Shown here: positions 29,808 through 39,514 of the stretch, piece after piece | Layout of the letters: the number at the start of each line of letters is the position of its first letter | Position numbering within the stretch: position 1 is the stretch's first letter | Source of the DNA: Acholeplasmataceae bacterium | GTDB lineage: Bacteria; Bacillota_I; Bacilli_A; Acholeplasmatales; Acholeplasmataceae | Reading direction: 5' to 3' | Length of the DNA: 64,000 nucleotides | Assembly (NCBI GenBank): GCA_963667565.1 | Contig: OY763415.1 | Location: 832,001-896,000 of the forward strand | Notes under the pieces: model-generated | What the model was told of the DNA's origin: nothing | Seen by the model: only the letters and a program-made list of their open reading frames with translations | The model's database searches: none | Program-made: the position numbers and the translations under genes

Positions 29808-31505
29808 ATGAAAAACCCTTTACTAAAATCCGGGGAGATCGGGATTTTTGCATTAGGTGGGCTTGGTGAAGTCGGGAAAAACATGTATATATATGAAATA
29901 GAAGATCAGATTTTTATTGTTGATTCTGGTATCTTATTTCCTGATGACCATTTATTAGGAATTGATTATGTTATTCCTGATTTTAGCTACCTAATTGAAA
30001 ATCAAGATCGTATCGTAGGATTATTTATTACACATGGTCATGAAGACCACATAGGAAGTATTCCATACTTATTAAGACAAGTGAATATACCTAAAATATA
30101 TGCTGCGGGTATTGCAGTAGATTTAATTGAATACAAATTTATGGAACACGCAGGCATTAAAGTGCCTCAAATTGAAGTTTACAAAAGTTATTACAAGTAT
30201 AATTTCAATCATGTTGAAGTAAGTTTTATACGTATGACTCACTCTATACCAGACATGTTTGGTATTGTGTTTAGAACACCGCTTGGAACATTATTCCATA
30301 CAGGTGATTTTAAAGTTGACTTAACACCAGTTGGTCCACCAGCTGAGTTTGATAAACTTGCCCAAATTGGGTCTGAAGGTGTCTTATGTATGCTATCAGA
30401 TTCAACCAATGCAGAACGTGATGAGCTTATACAATCAGATAGTAAAATTGGTAAATCTATCAATGAGTTATTTTCAAGACTTGATGGTAGAATCATTATC
30501 GCTACTTTCGCATCTAACTTATACCGTATTCAACAGATTATTGAAGCAGCAGTCTTAAATCATCGTAAAATCGCTGTGTTTGGTCGTTCTATGGAACGTG
30601 CTATTGAAGCTGGAATGCAAACCGGATATATCAAAATGCCTAAAAATACACTCATTAAAGGCGATGAAATAGCAAGATTAAAACCTGAACAAGTGACTTT
30701 ATTAGTTACTGGTTCACAAGGTGAACCACTTGCAGCCCTCAGTAGAATTGCTAATGGTTCACATAGACAAGTACAAGCGATGCCTGGTGATACTGTCATC
30801 TTCTCTTCTTCTCCAATTCCTGGAAACCAAGAAGGTGTCAATCGAACAATCAATTTATTATTTAGACAAGATGTTAATGTTATTACACATGGTCCTCTTG
30901 CAGATACACATACATCCGGACATGGTGCTCAAAATGATTTAAAACTGATATTAAGCTTAGTTAAGCCAAAATTATTTGTTCCAATGCATGGGGAGCATCG
31001 TATGCTTAAACACCACCAACAGCTTGCTATTGATTGTGGTGTTAACCCGAATAACATCCTCATTATGGATAACGGTATGGTTGCTGCTATCTCTAAAGAT
31101 GGGATTAGATATGCTGGTAATGTCACTGCAGGTGATGTATATATTGATGGTACAGGTATTGGTGATATTGGTAGTTCAATCATCAAAGAGCGAAAATTAT
31201 TATCTGAAGAAGGTTTATTCTCGATTGTTTTATCAATCAATTCAGAAAAGAAAAAACTTGTTAATTCACCAACAATTATTTCTCGTGGATTCATTTATAT
31301 GAAGAGTAATGAAGCATTAACTCAGCAATTAGCAAATGATGCTAAACAAGTTGCAGAAAATGAATTAAAGAAAAAAGGATATACTGAATCTTTATTAAAA
31401 CAAGCAGTTATTGATTTCTTAAGTGATAAAATTTATGAGCTGACTCAAAGAAAACCATTAATCATACCGATTGTTGTTGATTTAAATTCTAATAAACAAA
31501 CATAA
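29808..31505 (+). CDS. rnj: Ribonuclease J
   Basis: LGGLGEVGKN, THGHEDHIG, HTSGHG, PMHGE. Confidence 0.96.
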   Translation: MKNPLLKSGEIGIFALGGLGEVGKNMYIYEIEDQIFIVDSGILFPDDHLLGIDYVIPDFSYLIENQDRIVGLFITHGHEDHIGSIPYLLRQVNIPKIYAAGIAVDLIEYKFMEHAGIKVPQIEVYKSYYKYNFNHVEVSFIRMTHSIPDMFGIVFRTPLGTLFHTGDFKVDLTPVGPPAEFDKLAQIGSEGVLCMLSDSTNAERDELIQSDSKIGKSINELFSRLDGRIIIATFASNLYRIQQIIEAAVLNHRKIAVFGRSMERAIEAGMQTGYIKMPKNTLIKGDEIARLKPEQVTLLVTGSQGEPLAALSRIANGSHRQVQAMPGDTVIFSSSPIPGNQEGVNRTINLLFRQDVNVITHGPLADTHTSGHGAQNDLKLILSLVKPKLFVPMHGEHRMLKHHQQLAIDCGVNPNNILIMDNGMVAAISKDGIRYAGNVTAGDVYIDGTGIGDIGSSIIKERKLLSEEGLFSIVLSINSEKKKLVNSPTIISRGFIYMKSNEALTQQLANDAKQVAENELKKKGYTESLLKQAVIDFLSDKIYELTQRKPLIIPIVVDLNSNKQT

Positions 31506-31531
31506 AAAAAACAGGGAATTTTCCCTGTTTT
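31505..31531. terminator. Bidirectional terminator after rnj
   Basis: AAAAACAGGGAA/TTCCCTGTTTTT. Confidence 0.8.
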
Positions 31532-32361
31532 TATTTCATTTGTTCTAAAAATGCATCAAAAACAAATTTAGTTACTTTCGCATCATCAAAAGCATCATGT
31601 TTTTGTAAATCATTTGATTCATAATATGTTTTATATGCATTAAACAAACCTAGATCATCTTTTAAATTATAATAATCTTTGTGTAGTTTTAATAGATCAA
31701 TAAAATCATTTGAATCAGTTAAAGGCAATTTTTGATGAATTTGATACGAATCATTTAATGCAGTTATATCATTTTTTCCCCATACAACACATTTAGGATG
31801 ATACTTTAACATGATTTTTTTAAGCTTTTTATAAAACACTTGATAATCAACAGCTTTTTTATTAAAAAATGCTTCATCAATTTTTAAAAATTTAAGTGTG
31901 CGTTTACTAAGCTCATTTGTAAGTTTCGGTTTAACATAATATGCATCTTTAACAAGTACTTTAGATTGTGCTTTTGAAAGAACATAACCGACCTGAATAA
32001 TCTCTGAGGTAAATTTCTTTTGTTGGTATCCTGGCATCGTCATTTCAAAATCAATAAATAAAAAATATTCATATTGATCTAAAACTGTTTTCATATCATT
32101 TCTTAAACCAGCTAAATTATAGAAAACATGATGTGGATGTATAGATTCAATTTTATTAAAATACGCAACTTGATGGAGCCATTGCTGCTCTATTTTTTTT
32201 CGTTTTCCTAAAATCTCAAAATCAACAACTATACCTTTATCTAAATAATGAAAAAATGTTTTTGCAAGTCTTTTTGTTAAATGAAAACCAATTTTTCTAC
32301 CTTCAATAATGATATAAAAAATATTTAATTCAGAATCAACACTGTCAATGATCTTTCTCAT
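31531..32361 (-). CDS. DEDDh 3'-5' exonuclease (KapD-like) with N-terminal extension
   Basis: FIDFEMT, EIIQVG, WGKND, HDAFDDA. Confidence 0.8.
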   Translation of the reverse strand: MRKIIDSVDSELNIFYIIIEGRKIGFHLTKRLAKTFFHYLDKGIVVDFEILGKRKKIEQQWLHQVAYFNKIESIHPHHVFYNLAGLRNDMKTVLDQYEYFLFIDFEMTMPGYQQKKFTSEIIQVGYVLSKAQSKVLVKDAYYVKPKLTNELSKRTLKFLKIDEAFFNKKAVDYQVFYKKLKKIMLKYHPKCVVWGKNDITALNDSYQIHQKLPLTDSNDFIDLLKLHKDYYNLKDDLGLFNAYKTYYESNDLQKHDAFDDAKVTKFVFDAFLEQMK

Positions 32362-34087
32362 GATCTACCTCTTTAATCGCATCAATTGCTTCATCTGGTA
32401 ACCCTAGTGATTTTAAGGTTTCGCGTGATGCTTGTTTTATGTCTTCAATATTACTAAAATTTTGTAATAATAGTTTCTTCCGTTTTGGCCCTATACCTTT
32501 GATATCATCTAAAAAAGATTTATGAGCAACTTTATCTCTCACTGATCGATGGAATGTAATAGCAAACCTATGGACTTCTTCAGATAACTCTAACAAAAAT
32601 TTATATAATTCACTATTTTTTAATAGTGGTATGACTTCATTTTCAAAGACCAGTGCTTCTAATTGGTGTCTTTGATTTTTTTTAAGTCCTGCAATTTTAA
32701 TATCTAATCCAAGTGAACTTATCGTTTCATATGCTGCACTCACTTGCCCTTTTCCACCATCAATCAAAATCAAATCTGGAAATGATTGATTTTCAATCAA
32801 AAGTTTTTGATAACGTCTATAAGTAACTTCTTTCATTGCTTGATAGTCATCATTTGATGTGGTTTTTAAATGATATTTACGATAGCTCTTCTTCTCAAAC
32901 TCAAAATGGTTAAAAACAATCATTGCAGAAATAGGTGCCGTTCCAAAAAGTTGAGCATTATCAAATATTTCAATATGAGAAACGTCTTTACCAACTACGT
33001 TTGATAAATCTTCAAGCGCTTGATGTTTTTTCTCATCTTTGTGTCTATAAAGCATGTGATAATGTTCTAAATCAAATTTAGCATTTTTAACTGCTAAATC
33101 AACCATCTTCTTTTTATCACCAATTTTAGGAATCACGATTTTCTGTCCTAAATTAAACGTTGCTTCTTCTAAATCAAAATCGTCACTTAATAAGATTTCA
33201 TCAATGTCTTTTTGTTCATAATATTGATCAAGATAATTATATATGGCTTCCATATATTCGCCTACATAAGAGAATACGATTTGATGTTGATCAATCATTC
33301 TACCTTGTCTAATCATAAGAATTTGAATAGCTACATCTTCATTTGAGTATGCAAATCCAATAATATCTCGATCTTTTTGATCGTTTAGATTAATGATTTG
33401 TTTTTCAGTTGTGTCTGTAATGTGTTTAATCATATCGCGATATTCAGCAGCTTTTTCAAACTGCATGAAGTCACTTGCTTTTTGCATTTCATCTTGAAGT
33501 AATCTAAGAACATCTTTAGTATCACCTTTTAAAAACTTGATGACATCATTAATGTATGACTCATAACTAACCTCAGGTTTAATACAAGGGGCTAAGCATT
33601 GGCCAATATGATAATATAAACAAGCTTTTTTAGGGAGTGTATCACATTTTCTAAATGGATAAATATGATTAAGTAATCTTACGGTCTCCCTTGCAGCATA
33701 GACATTGGGATAAGGTCCAAAAAGTCTCCCCTTTGGTTTTTTCTTTCTTACGATCTGTAATTTAGGATATGCTTCTTTAGTTAATTCTATATAAGGATAT
33801 GTTTTGTCATCCATCAATCTTATATTATATTTTGGTGAATATTGTTTGATTAAATTCATTTCTAGAACGAGTGATTCTTGTTCTGTTCGAGTCATAACAT
33901 ATGAAAAATCCACGATTTCAGAAACTAGTTTCGTGGTTTTAGTATTATGTGCGCCAGTAAAATAACTTTTAACGCGATTTTTAAGGTTTTTTGCTTTACC
34001 AACATAAATAACCAAATCATTTTTATCTTTCATTAGATAACAACCTGGTTCTGTTGGTAATAACGCTAATTTATCTTTAATAAGCAA
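32345..34087 (-). CDS. uvrC: Excinuclease ABC subunit C
   Basis: GIY-YIG (PGCYLM..IYVGKAKNL), LIDGGKGQ, HhH GIGPKR; probable TTG start. Confidence 0.96.
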   Translation of the reverse strand: MLIKDKLALLPTEPGCYLMKDKNDLVIYVGKAKNLKNRVKSYFTGAHNTKTTKLVSEIVDFSYVMTRTEQESLVLEMNLIKQYSPKYNIRLMDDKTYPYIELTKEAYPKLQIVRKKKPKGRLFGPYPNVYAARETVRLLNHIYPFRKCDTLPKKACLYYHIGQCLAPCIKPEVSYESYINDVIKFLKGDTKDVLRLLQDEMQKASDFMQFEKAAEYRDMIKHITDTTEKQIINLNDQKDRDIIGFAYSNEDVAIQILMIRQGRMIDQHQIVFSYVGEYMEAIYNYLDQYYEQKDIDEILLSDDFDLEEATFNLGQKIVIPKIGDKKKMVDLAVKNAKFDLEHYHMLYRHKDEKKHQALEDLSNVVGKDVSHIEIFDNAQLFGTAPISAMIVFNHFEFEKKSYRKYHLKTTSNDDYQAMKEVTYRRYQKLLIENQSFPDLILIDGGKGQVSAAYETISSLGLDIKIAGLKKNQRHQLEALVFENEVIPLLKNSELYKFLLELSEEVHRFAITFHRSVRDKVAHKSFLDDIKGIGPKRKKLLLQNFSNIEDIKQASRETLKSLGLPDEAIDAIKEVDHEKDH

Positions 34088-34119
34088 TGTTATCACCACA
34101 ATTATTGTAACACAACCAT

Positions 34120-34145
34120 AAAAAAAAAGCGATGGCTCGCTTTTT
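34120..34145 (-). terminator. Terminator after rpoZ
   Basis: AAAAAGCGA/TCGCTTTTT. Confidence 0.7.
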
Positions 34146-34360
34146 TATGATTCGAATTCTACTTCAACTTTTCCATCAATGATTTCTTCTAATGCAATAC
34201 CAATGCTTTTAACACACTTTGCATCTTCTACTTGAAGATTTTCATCTTCCAAAATTCTTGCGACTTTACTTGCTGCATAAACTAATTTATATTTTGAATT
34301 AATTTTACCAAGTAGTTTGTCGATTGAAGGATATCTCATTCCATCATTGTTTTTTTCCAT
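34145..34360 (-). CDS. rpoZ: RNA polymerase omega subunit
   Basis: YPSIDKLL..SKYKLVYAASKVAR; follows gmk. Confidence 0.92.
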   Translation of the reverse strand: MEKNNDGMRYPSIDKLLGKINSKYKLVYAASKVARILEDENLQVEDAKCVKSIGIALEEIIDGKVEVEFES

Positions 34361-34363
34361 ATT

Positions 34364-34984
34364 TTACTTTTCTCCTATCATCTTCATATAATTATGAATT
34401 GATCTTTCTGTTTTAGCATGTTCAGCACGAATGATTGCCATAATACGATCAGCTGCATTGTTGACTTCATCATTAACAACGATATAATCATATTTATGTG
34501 CAAGCAAAAATTCTGATTCTGCTTTTTTCATACGTTGATTCACCATTTCAATACTGTCTGTACCACGATTTTTAAGTCTGTTATATAATGCTTCTTTTCC
34601 AGGTGGAACGATGAAAATAAAAACCGCGTCTTTCATTTGTTCTCTAACTTTTAAGGCACCTTCAACTTCAATTTCTAAGACAACTTCTTTTCCTAAATCT
34701 AATTGCTCATCAACTTTGTCTTTAGGTGTTCCATAATAGTTTCCAACAAATTCTGCCCATTCTAAAAACTTATCTTCCTCAATACGTTTTAAAAATGTTT
34801 CTTTACTTACGAAGTAATAGTCTTCACCATCAACTTCTCCAGGTCTAGGGGGCCTAGTGGTCATTGAAACAGAATATACAAGATCATGATTCTTCATTTG
34901 GAACAGTGCGCGACGTACAGTTCCTTTTCCAACACCAGAAGGGCCTGAAATGACAACTAATAAACCACGTTCATTAAGTTTCAT
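34364..34984 (-). CDS. gmk: Guanylate kinase
   Basis: GPSGVGKGT, TTRPPRPGEVDG. Confidence 0.97.
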   Translation of the reverse strand: MKLNERGLLVVISGPSGVGKGTVRRALFQMKNHDLVYSVSMTTRPPRPGEVDGEDYYFVSKETFLKRIEEDKFLEWAEFVGNYYGTPKDKVDEQLDLGKEVVLEIEVEGALKVREQMKDAVFIFIVPPGKEALYNRLKNRGTDSIEMVNQRMKKAESEFLLAHKYDYIVVNDEVNNAADRIMAIIRAEHAKTERSIHNYMKMIGEK

Positions 34985-35133
34985 ATGTGCCTCCTCTAAT
35001 CTTTAATTTACCCCTTATTATATATGATAATTAAATATGTGTAAATAGAAAAGATACAATTTGTAATCAAATAGCGCTTTCAACAACATTAATCTATGAT
35101 TAATTTATGATACAATGGATATTGAGGTGTCAT

Positions 35134-36705
35134 ATGGTTATCGATGGATATTTTATTAAATGCTTAGTAAAGGAATTAAATCAATCATTAAAAAATTCTA
35201 GATTAGAAAAAATCGGTCAAGTTGATCAAGGATCTTTTTTGTTTCAGTATTACTATCAAGGTATGAAACATAAGCTCATCTTAAATTTATATGCACATGA
35301 TTATCGATTATATCTTTCTAAAAATGACTTTGCAACAAGTGAACAATCACAGTTTTTAACTACGTTAAAAAAACATCTTGAAGGTGGTATTTTATCTCAA
35401 ATTACTCAATATCAAAATGATCGTGTTGTGATTTTTGAATTCCAAGTTTCTGATTATATTTTTGGCGTTCAGACATATTATTTAATATTTGAGGCTATGG
35501 GTAAGCATGCTAACTTAATGCTTGTCAAAGATGAAATGATTATCGATACATATAAGAAAATGTTTTTTGAAGAAGGAAGACAATTATTACCACAAGCACA
35601 TTTTGAGTTTTTCCCGAGCAATAAAAAATCTTTTGATTTTATAGATTATGAATCAATTCAAACACCTAAAGATCTTACTTCTACTTATATGGGACTTTCC
35701 CAAAGAGTTGCAATGTATTTATTTGAACATCATATGCAACTTAGTGATTTAATATACAAACCCACATATGATGTCAATCAAAATCTTTTTTATGTTTCTG
35801 ATATCTTTCCAGAAGATCACCAAAAACAATATTTTGATTCTCTATCTGCATTAATGGACCAATATCAAAATAAAAAATCTTTTTCGAAACAAACCTATGA
35901 ACAATTTATAGATAAACAACTTAAAAAACATATACAGAAAAAAGTTAATTTAGAAGAACAGTATCAAAAAGCAGTCATGCAAATGAATGCTAAAGACATT
36001 GGTGATCTGATCTACATGTCAAATCAAGACTTAAATTCGAAAACACATGAACTTATTGTTGATGGTAGATCAGTAATCTTAGATGAAAAATTAACTTTAA
36101 ATGAAAATGCTCAAAAGCATTATAAAAAATACCAAAAAGCGAAACGTTCATTAGATCCTATCAAAAGACAAATCAGTGATAATGACGAATTGATCACACT
36201 ATTTAATGAATTTAGAACTTATCTGACATTATCACAAGAACTCGATTTAATTGACTTCGAACAGGATTTAATTCCTTATGGGTATGCATCCAAAAAACAA
36301 ACCATAATTAATAAAAAGCATAAAAAGAAACCTCATATTTTAAAAATCGATTATAAGGACACAACTTATTACATTGGTAAAAATAGTTTACAAAATGCAT
36401 ACGTAACCCATGAATTATCACAACCAAATGACTATTGGTTTCACGTTAAAGAAGGCTCTGGTAGTCATGTATTGGTTAAAAGTGATACTTTAGATGAAAC
36501 TATAATAAGAACTGCCTCAATGTTAGCTGCATTTCATTCAAATATGAGATTATCTTCTAGCATTCCAGTTGATTATACCCAAATAAGAAATATCAAAAAA
36601 ATCCCCCATAAACCAGGCTATCAAGTCATTTACAAGCAATTTAAAACAATGTTTATAGACATTGATGAAACCCTCATAAACACAATTTTACATAGTTTTA
36701 AATAA
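35134..36705 (+). CDS. rqcH: RqcH/NFACT (FbpA) ribosome quality control protein
   Basis: IDG start, NDRVV, EAMGKHAN, NAQKHYKKYQK, WFHVK..GSHV, VDYT. Confidence 0.9.
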   Translation: MVIDGYFIKCLVKELNQSLKNSRLEKIGQVDQGSFLFQYYYQGMKHKLILNLYAHDYRLYLSKNDFATSEQSQFLTTLKKHLEGGILSQITQYQNDRVVIFEFQVSDYIFGVQTYYLIFEAMGKHANLMLVKDEMIIDTYKKMFFEEGRQLLPQAHFEFFPSNKKSFDFIDYESIQTPKDLTSTYMGLSQRVAMYLFEHHMQLSDLIYKPTYDVNQNLFYVSDIFPEDHQKQYFDSLSALMDQYQNKKSFSKQTYEQFIDKQLKKHIQKKVNLEEQYQKAVMQMNAKDIGDLIYMSNQDLNSKTHELIVDGRSVILDEKLTLNENAQKHYKKYQKAKRSLDPIKRQISDNDELITLFNEFRTYLTLSQELDLIDFEQDLIPYGYASKKQTIINKKHKKKPHILKIDYKDTTYYIGKNSLQNAYVTHELSQPNDYWFHVKEGSGSHVLVKSDTLDETIIRTASMLAAFHSNMRLSSSIPVDYTQIRNIKKIPHKPGYQVIYKQFKTMFIDIDETLINTILHSFK

Positions 36706-36804
36706 TTATAAAATCTCTAAACAAAAGTAAGCATAACATTTGAAATACCTCCATATTTGATGTAAGATGAAATTGTAATTAAGAAATATAGGAGGATTTA
36801 TCAA

Positions 36805-37410
36805 ATGAAATTTGAATTACCACAATTAGGTTATGCATATGATGCATTAGAACCATTTATCGATGCAAGAACAATGGAAATCCATTATACAAAACATCAT
36901 CAAGGATATACAAATAATTTAAACGCTGCGCTTGAAAAGCACCCAGAGTTTAATCAACCATTAGAAGCTTTCTTAGCAGATTTTACATTAATACCAGAAG
37001 ACATCAGAGGCGCTGTTAGAAACAATGGTGGTGGATTTTATAATCACTCATTATTTTGGTCAATCTTAAAAGTAAATAATGGTGCTACACCAACAGGTGC
37101 TCTTGCAGCACAAATCGAAAAAGACTTTGGTTCATTTGATGCTTTCAAAGAAGCATTTGGAAATGCAGCTAAAACTCGATTTGGTAGTGGATGGGCTTGG
37201 CTTATTGTAACACCTGAAAAAACATTAAAAGTAACTTCAACTCCAAATCAAGATACTCCACTTGCTGAAGGTACTCCAATTTTAGGATTAGATGTTTGGG
37301 AACATGCTTATTATTTAAATTATCAAAATAGACGTCCTGATTATGTATCTGCATTCTTTAATGTGATCAATTGGGAAAAAGTTGAAGCAAATTTCGCTTC
37401 TGCTAATTAA
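36805..37410 (+). CDS. sodA: Superoxide dismutase (Mn/Fe family, Mn-like signature)
   Basis: [22 protein letters not shown]. Confidence 0.93.
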   Translation: MKFELPQLGYAYDALEPFIDARTMEIHYTKHHQGYTNNLNAALEKHPEFNQPLEAFLADFTLIPEDIRGAVRNNGGGFYNHSLFWSILKVNNGATPTGALAAQIEKDFGSFDAFKEAFGNAAKTRFGSGWAWLIVTPEKTLKVTSTPNQDTPLAEGTPILGLDVWEHAYYLNYQNRRPDYVSAFFNVINWEKVEANFASAN

Positions 37411-37430
37411 TTTATTAAACAAAAAAAAAC

Positions 37431-37457
37431 AAAAGTAGACCAAGGTCTACTTTTTTT
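37431..37457. terminator. Bidirectional terminator between sodA and the K+ channel gene
   Basis: AAAAGTAGAC/GTCTACTTTT. Confidence 0.75.
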
Positions 37458-37458
37458 A

Positions 37459-38463
37459 TTAGAATAATTCTTCTTTTGCCATTTCTCTTAAAATTGCAAT
37501 TTGTTCTTTTGATCCGACGACTAGCATCTTATCTCCTATATTGAGTACTTCTTTTGCTCTTGGATTAAATATAAAATTATCTTCATCTTTTCTAAGTGCT
37601 AAAACCATTAAACCTGCACGCTCTGATATTTTAGCCTCACTTAGTTTTTTACCAATGAGTTCTGAATCTTCATTAATGGAGACTTCTTCCATGTTGATAG
37701 CAAGGTTTTTTGTATAAATAATATTATCAACGAAATACTGAGCTTGAGGATTAATCATGAGCGAAGCCATCTTTTTACCACCAATTTCATCTGGTGATAC
37801 TGTTTGATTAGCACCAGCTCGTTTTAATTTAACATCTGAACGATCCTCATGAGCACGTGCGATGATATGAAGTTTCTTGTTTAATTCTCTTGCTGTTAAA
37901 ACTACAAAAACATTATCAGCATCTTTTGCTAAACAGGTTATTAAACCTTTTGCATGTTCTACACGAGCTTCAATTAAAGCTTCTTCTTTAGTTGCATCAT
38001 CAAAAATATATTTAACACCTAAGTCAGTCAGTGCTTCAATCGCTTCTTCATTATTTTCAATAACGACAAAGTCTATATCTTTAATCATTAATTGTTTGAT
38101 CACATGAATACCAGTTTCTCCCGATCCACAGACAATGATATGATTTGTTAATTTTTCAATATCTTTTTGCATCTTGCGTTTCCTCCAATTTTGATTAATG
38201 GTTCCTTCGCTAAAAAATTTAAATACCTCTGATAAAAAATATCCAATCACACCAACTGATAGTAAGATAACAATCATGGAGAATATTTTACCTGCATCTG
38301 TCAAATCAACCACTTCTTTATATCCAACAGTTGATATAGTAATGACTGTCATATAGAGCGCATCAAGAAATCTAATATTCAAAATGAGCATGTATCCAAT
38401 TGTAGAAAACATCAGTAGCGAGAAAATAATGATTGCCCACATATATACTTTCTTAATTCTCAT
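37459..38463 (-). CDS. 2-TM potassium channel with RCK (TrkA-N/C) domains
   Basis: Pore TISTVGYKE, HIIVCGSG, C-terminal RCK-C. Confidence 0.88.
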   Translation of the reverse strand: MRIKKVYMWAIIIFSLLMFSTIGYMLILNIRFLDALYMTVITISTVGYKEVVDLTDAGKIFSMIVILLSVGVIGYFLSEVFKFFSEGTINQNWRKRKMQKDIEKLTNHIIVCGSGETGIHVIKQLMIKDIDFVVIENNEEAIEALTDLGVKYIFDDATKEEALIEARVEHAKGLITCLAKDADNVFVVLTARELNKKLHIIARAHEDRSDVKLKRAGANQTVSPDEIGGKKMASLMINPQAQYFVDNIIYTKNLAINMEEVSINEDSELIGKKLSEAKISERAGLMVLALRKDEDNFIFNPRAKEVLNIGDKMLVVGSKEQIAILREMAKEELF

Positions 38464-38547
38464 AAACGCACCTTATATCCTTATTTAGTCATATTATATC
38501 ACATTAAGTGTAACGATAAATCATAAAAAAAGGAAGCCTAAGCTTCC

Positions 38548-39099
38548 TTATACTGATTGTGTTTCAATAATTGCATAATCACCATCAGATCTTCTATAAA
38601 CAACATGAGTTTTACTTGTTTCTTTATCAATAAACACATAGAAATCATGTCCAGACAATTCCATTTCTGCAATGGCTTCTTCAGGTGTTAATGGTAACAA
38701 AGTAATTTTCTTATTCTTAACAAGTTGAGATGCTAATATATCTTTTTCTAGTTCTTCAGCATCAAAGTCTGTACTGTAAACTTCTGGAATACCTTGTTTT
38801 TCAAGATGAAACTTCAACTTATCTTTGTGTTTTCTAATTTGTGAGACAAGTTTTTCATTTACTTTATCGATGGCTGTATACATATCTGGATCAACCACCT
38901 CAGCTCTTAGATGTGTTCCTTTAGCAAACACATTGACCTCGACTTTGTGGTGATCTTTGTACACTTTACATACAACTCTAATTTCACTCACAACACCTGG
39001 TCCAAAAAATGAGACAACTTTGTTTAATCTTTTTTCTGCATAATCCTTGATTGCTTGAGTTGGGTTAAACCCATTCTTCCCTAATACTTCAAATAACAT
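38548..39099 (-). CDS. hpf: Ribosome hibernation promoting factor (long HPF)
   Basis: TQAIKDYAEKRL, DMYTAID, EEAIAEMELSGHDFYVF; start at 39099 with GGAG SD. Confidence 0.92.
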   Translation of the reverse strand: MLFEVLGKNGFNPTQAIKDYAEKRLNKVVSFFGPGVVSEIRVVCKVYKDHHKVEVNVFAKGTHLRAEVVDPDMYTAIDKVNEKLVSQIRKHKDKLKFHLEKQGIPEVYSTDFDAEELEKDILASQLVKNKKITLLPLTPEEAIAEMELSGHDFYVFIDKETSKTHVVYRRSDGDYAIIETQSV

Positions 39100-39475
39100 A
39101 AGCTTGCTCCTTTTCATTTATTTCATCATAGAGTGTAACCAAATATATATATTTGAACTCTAGTGATTGTAAAATTATCATTAGTTTATCACTGATTGAA
39201 TCAAAATACAAATATATAGAATCTTTGTTATTTTTCACATAATCCTTGTAGAATGGTTTTAAAAATGACATATATGCCATAGGATTCAAATCGACAGTTT
39301 CATGAAGTAATGCATACCACATAATGATGCCTTGATCCTTAGGAATCACTTGATAACTCACATCAACTGGATGTTTGCTTAAACAAGATTCACAAATATG
39401 ATGAATTTCTGTTTCAAATAAATTAAATATCGTTCTCTTTTTATTTATTTTTAATCTACAAATTTCACAAATCAT
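39089..39475 (-). CDS. Truncated ComFC-like zinc-ribbon protein
   Basis: MICEIC...ICESC double CxxC as in the ComFC N-terminus; comFC-hpf synteny; no PRTase motif. Confidence 0.55.
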   Translation of the reverse strand: MICEICRLKINKKRTIFNLFETEIHHICESCLSKHPVDVSYQVIPKDQGIIMWYALLHETVDLNPMAYMSFLKPFYKDYVKNNKDSIYLYFDSISDKLMIILQSLEFKYIYLVTLYDEINEKEQAYVI

Positions 39476-39514
39476 AAAAGCCCACCTAATTGATATTAGA
39501 GGGCTTTTATATTT

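Noticed and set aside
35069..35082. cre-like TGAAAGCGCTATTT (minus strand) between gmk and rqcH
   Set aside because: The right half-site lacks the conserved CA; too weak without a genome-wide model
36697..36711. PerR-box-like TTTAAATAATTATAA upstream of sodA
   Set aside because: Two mismatches, all A/T, overlaps the rqcH stop; expected by chance in this composition
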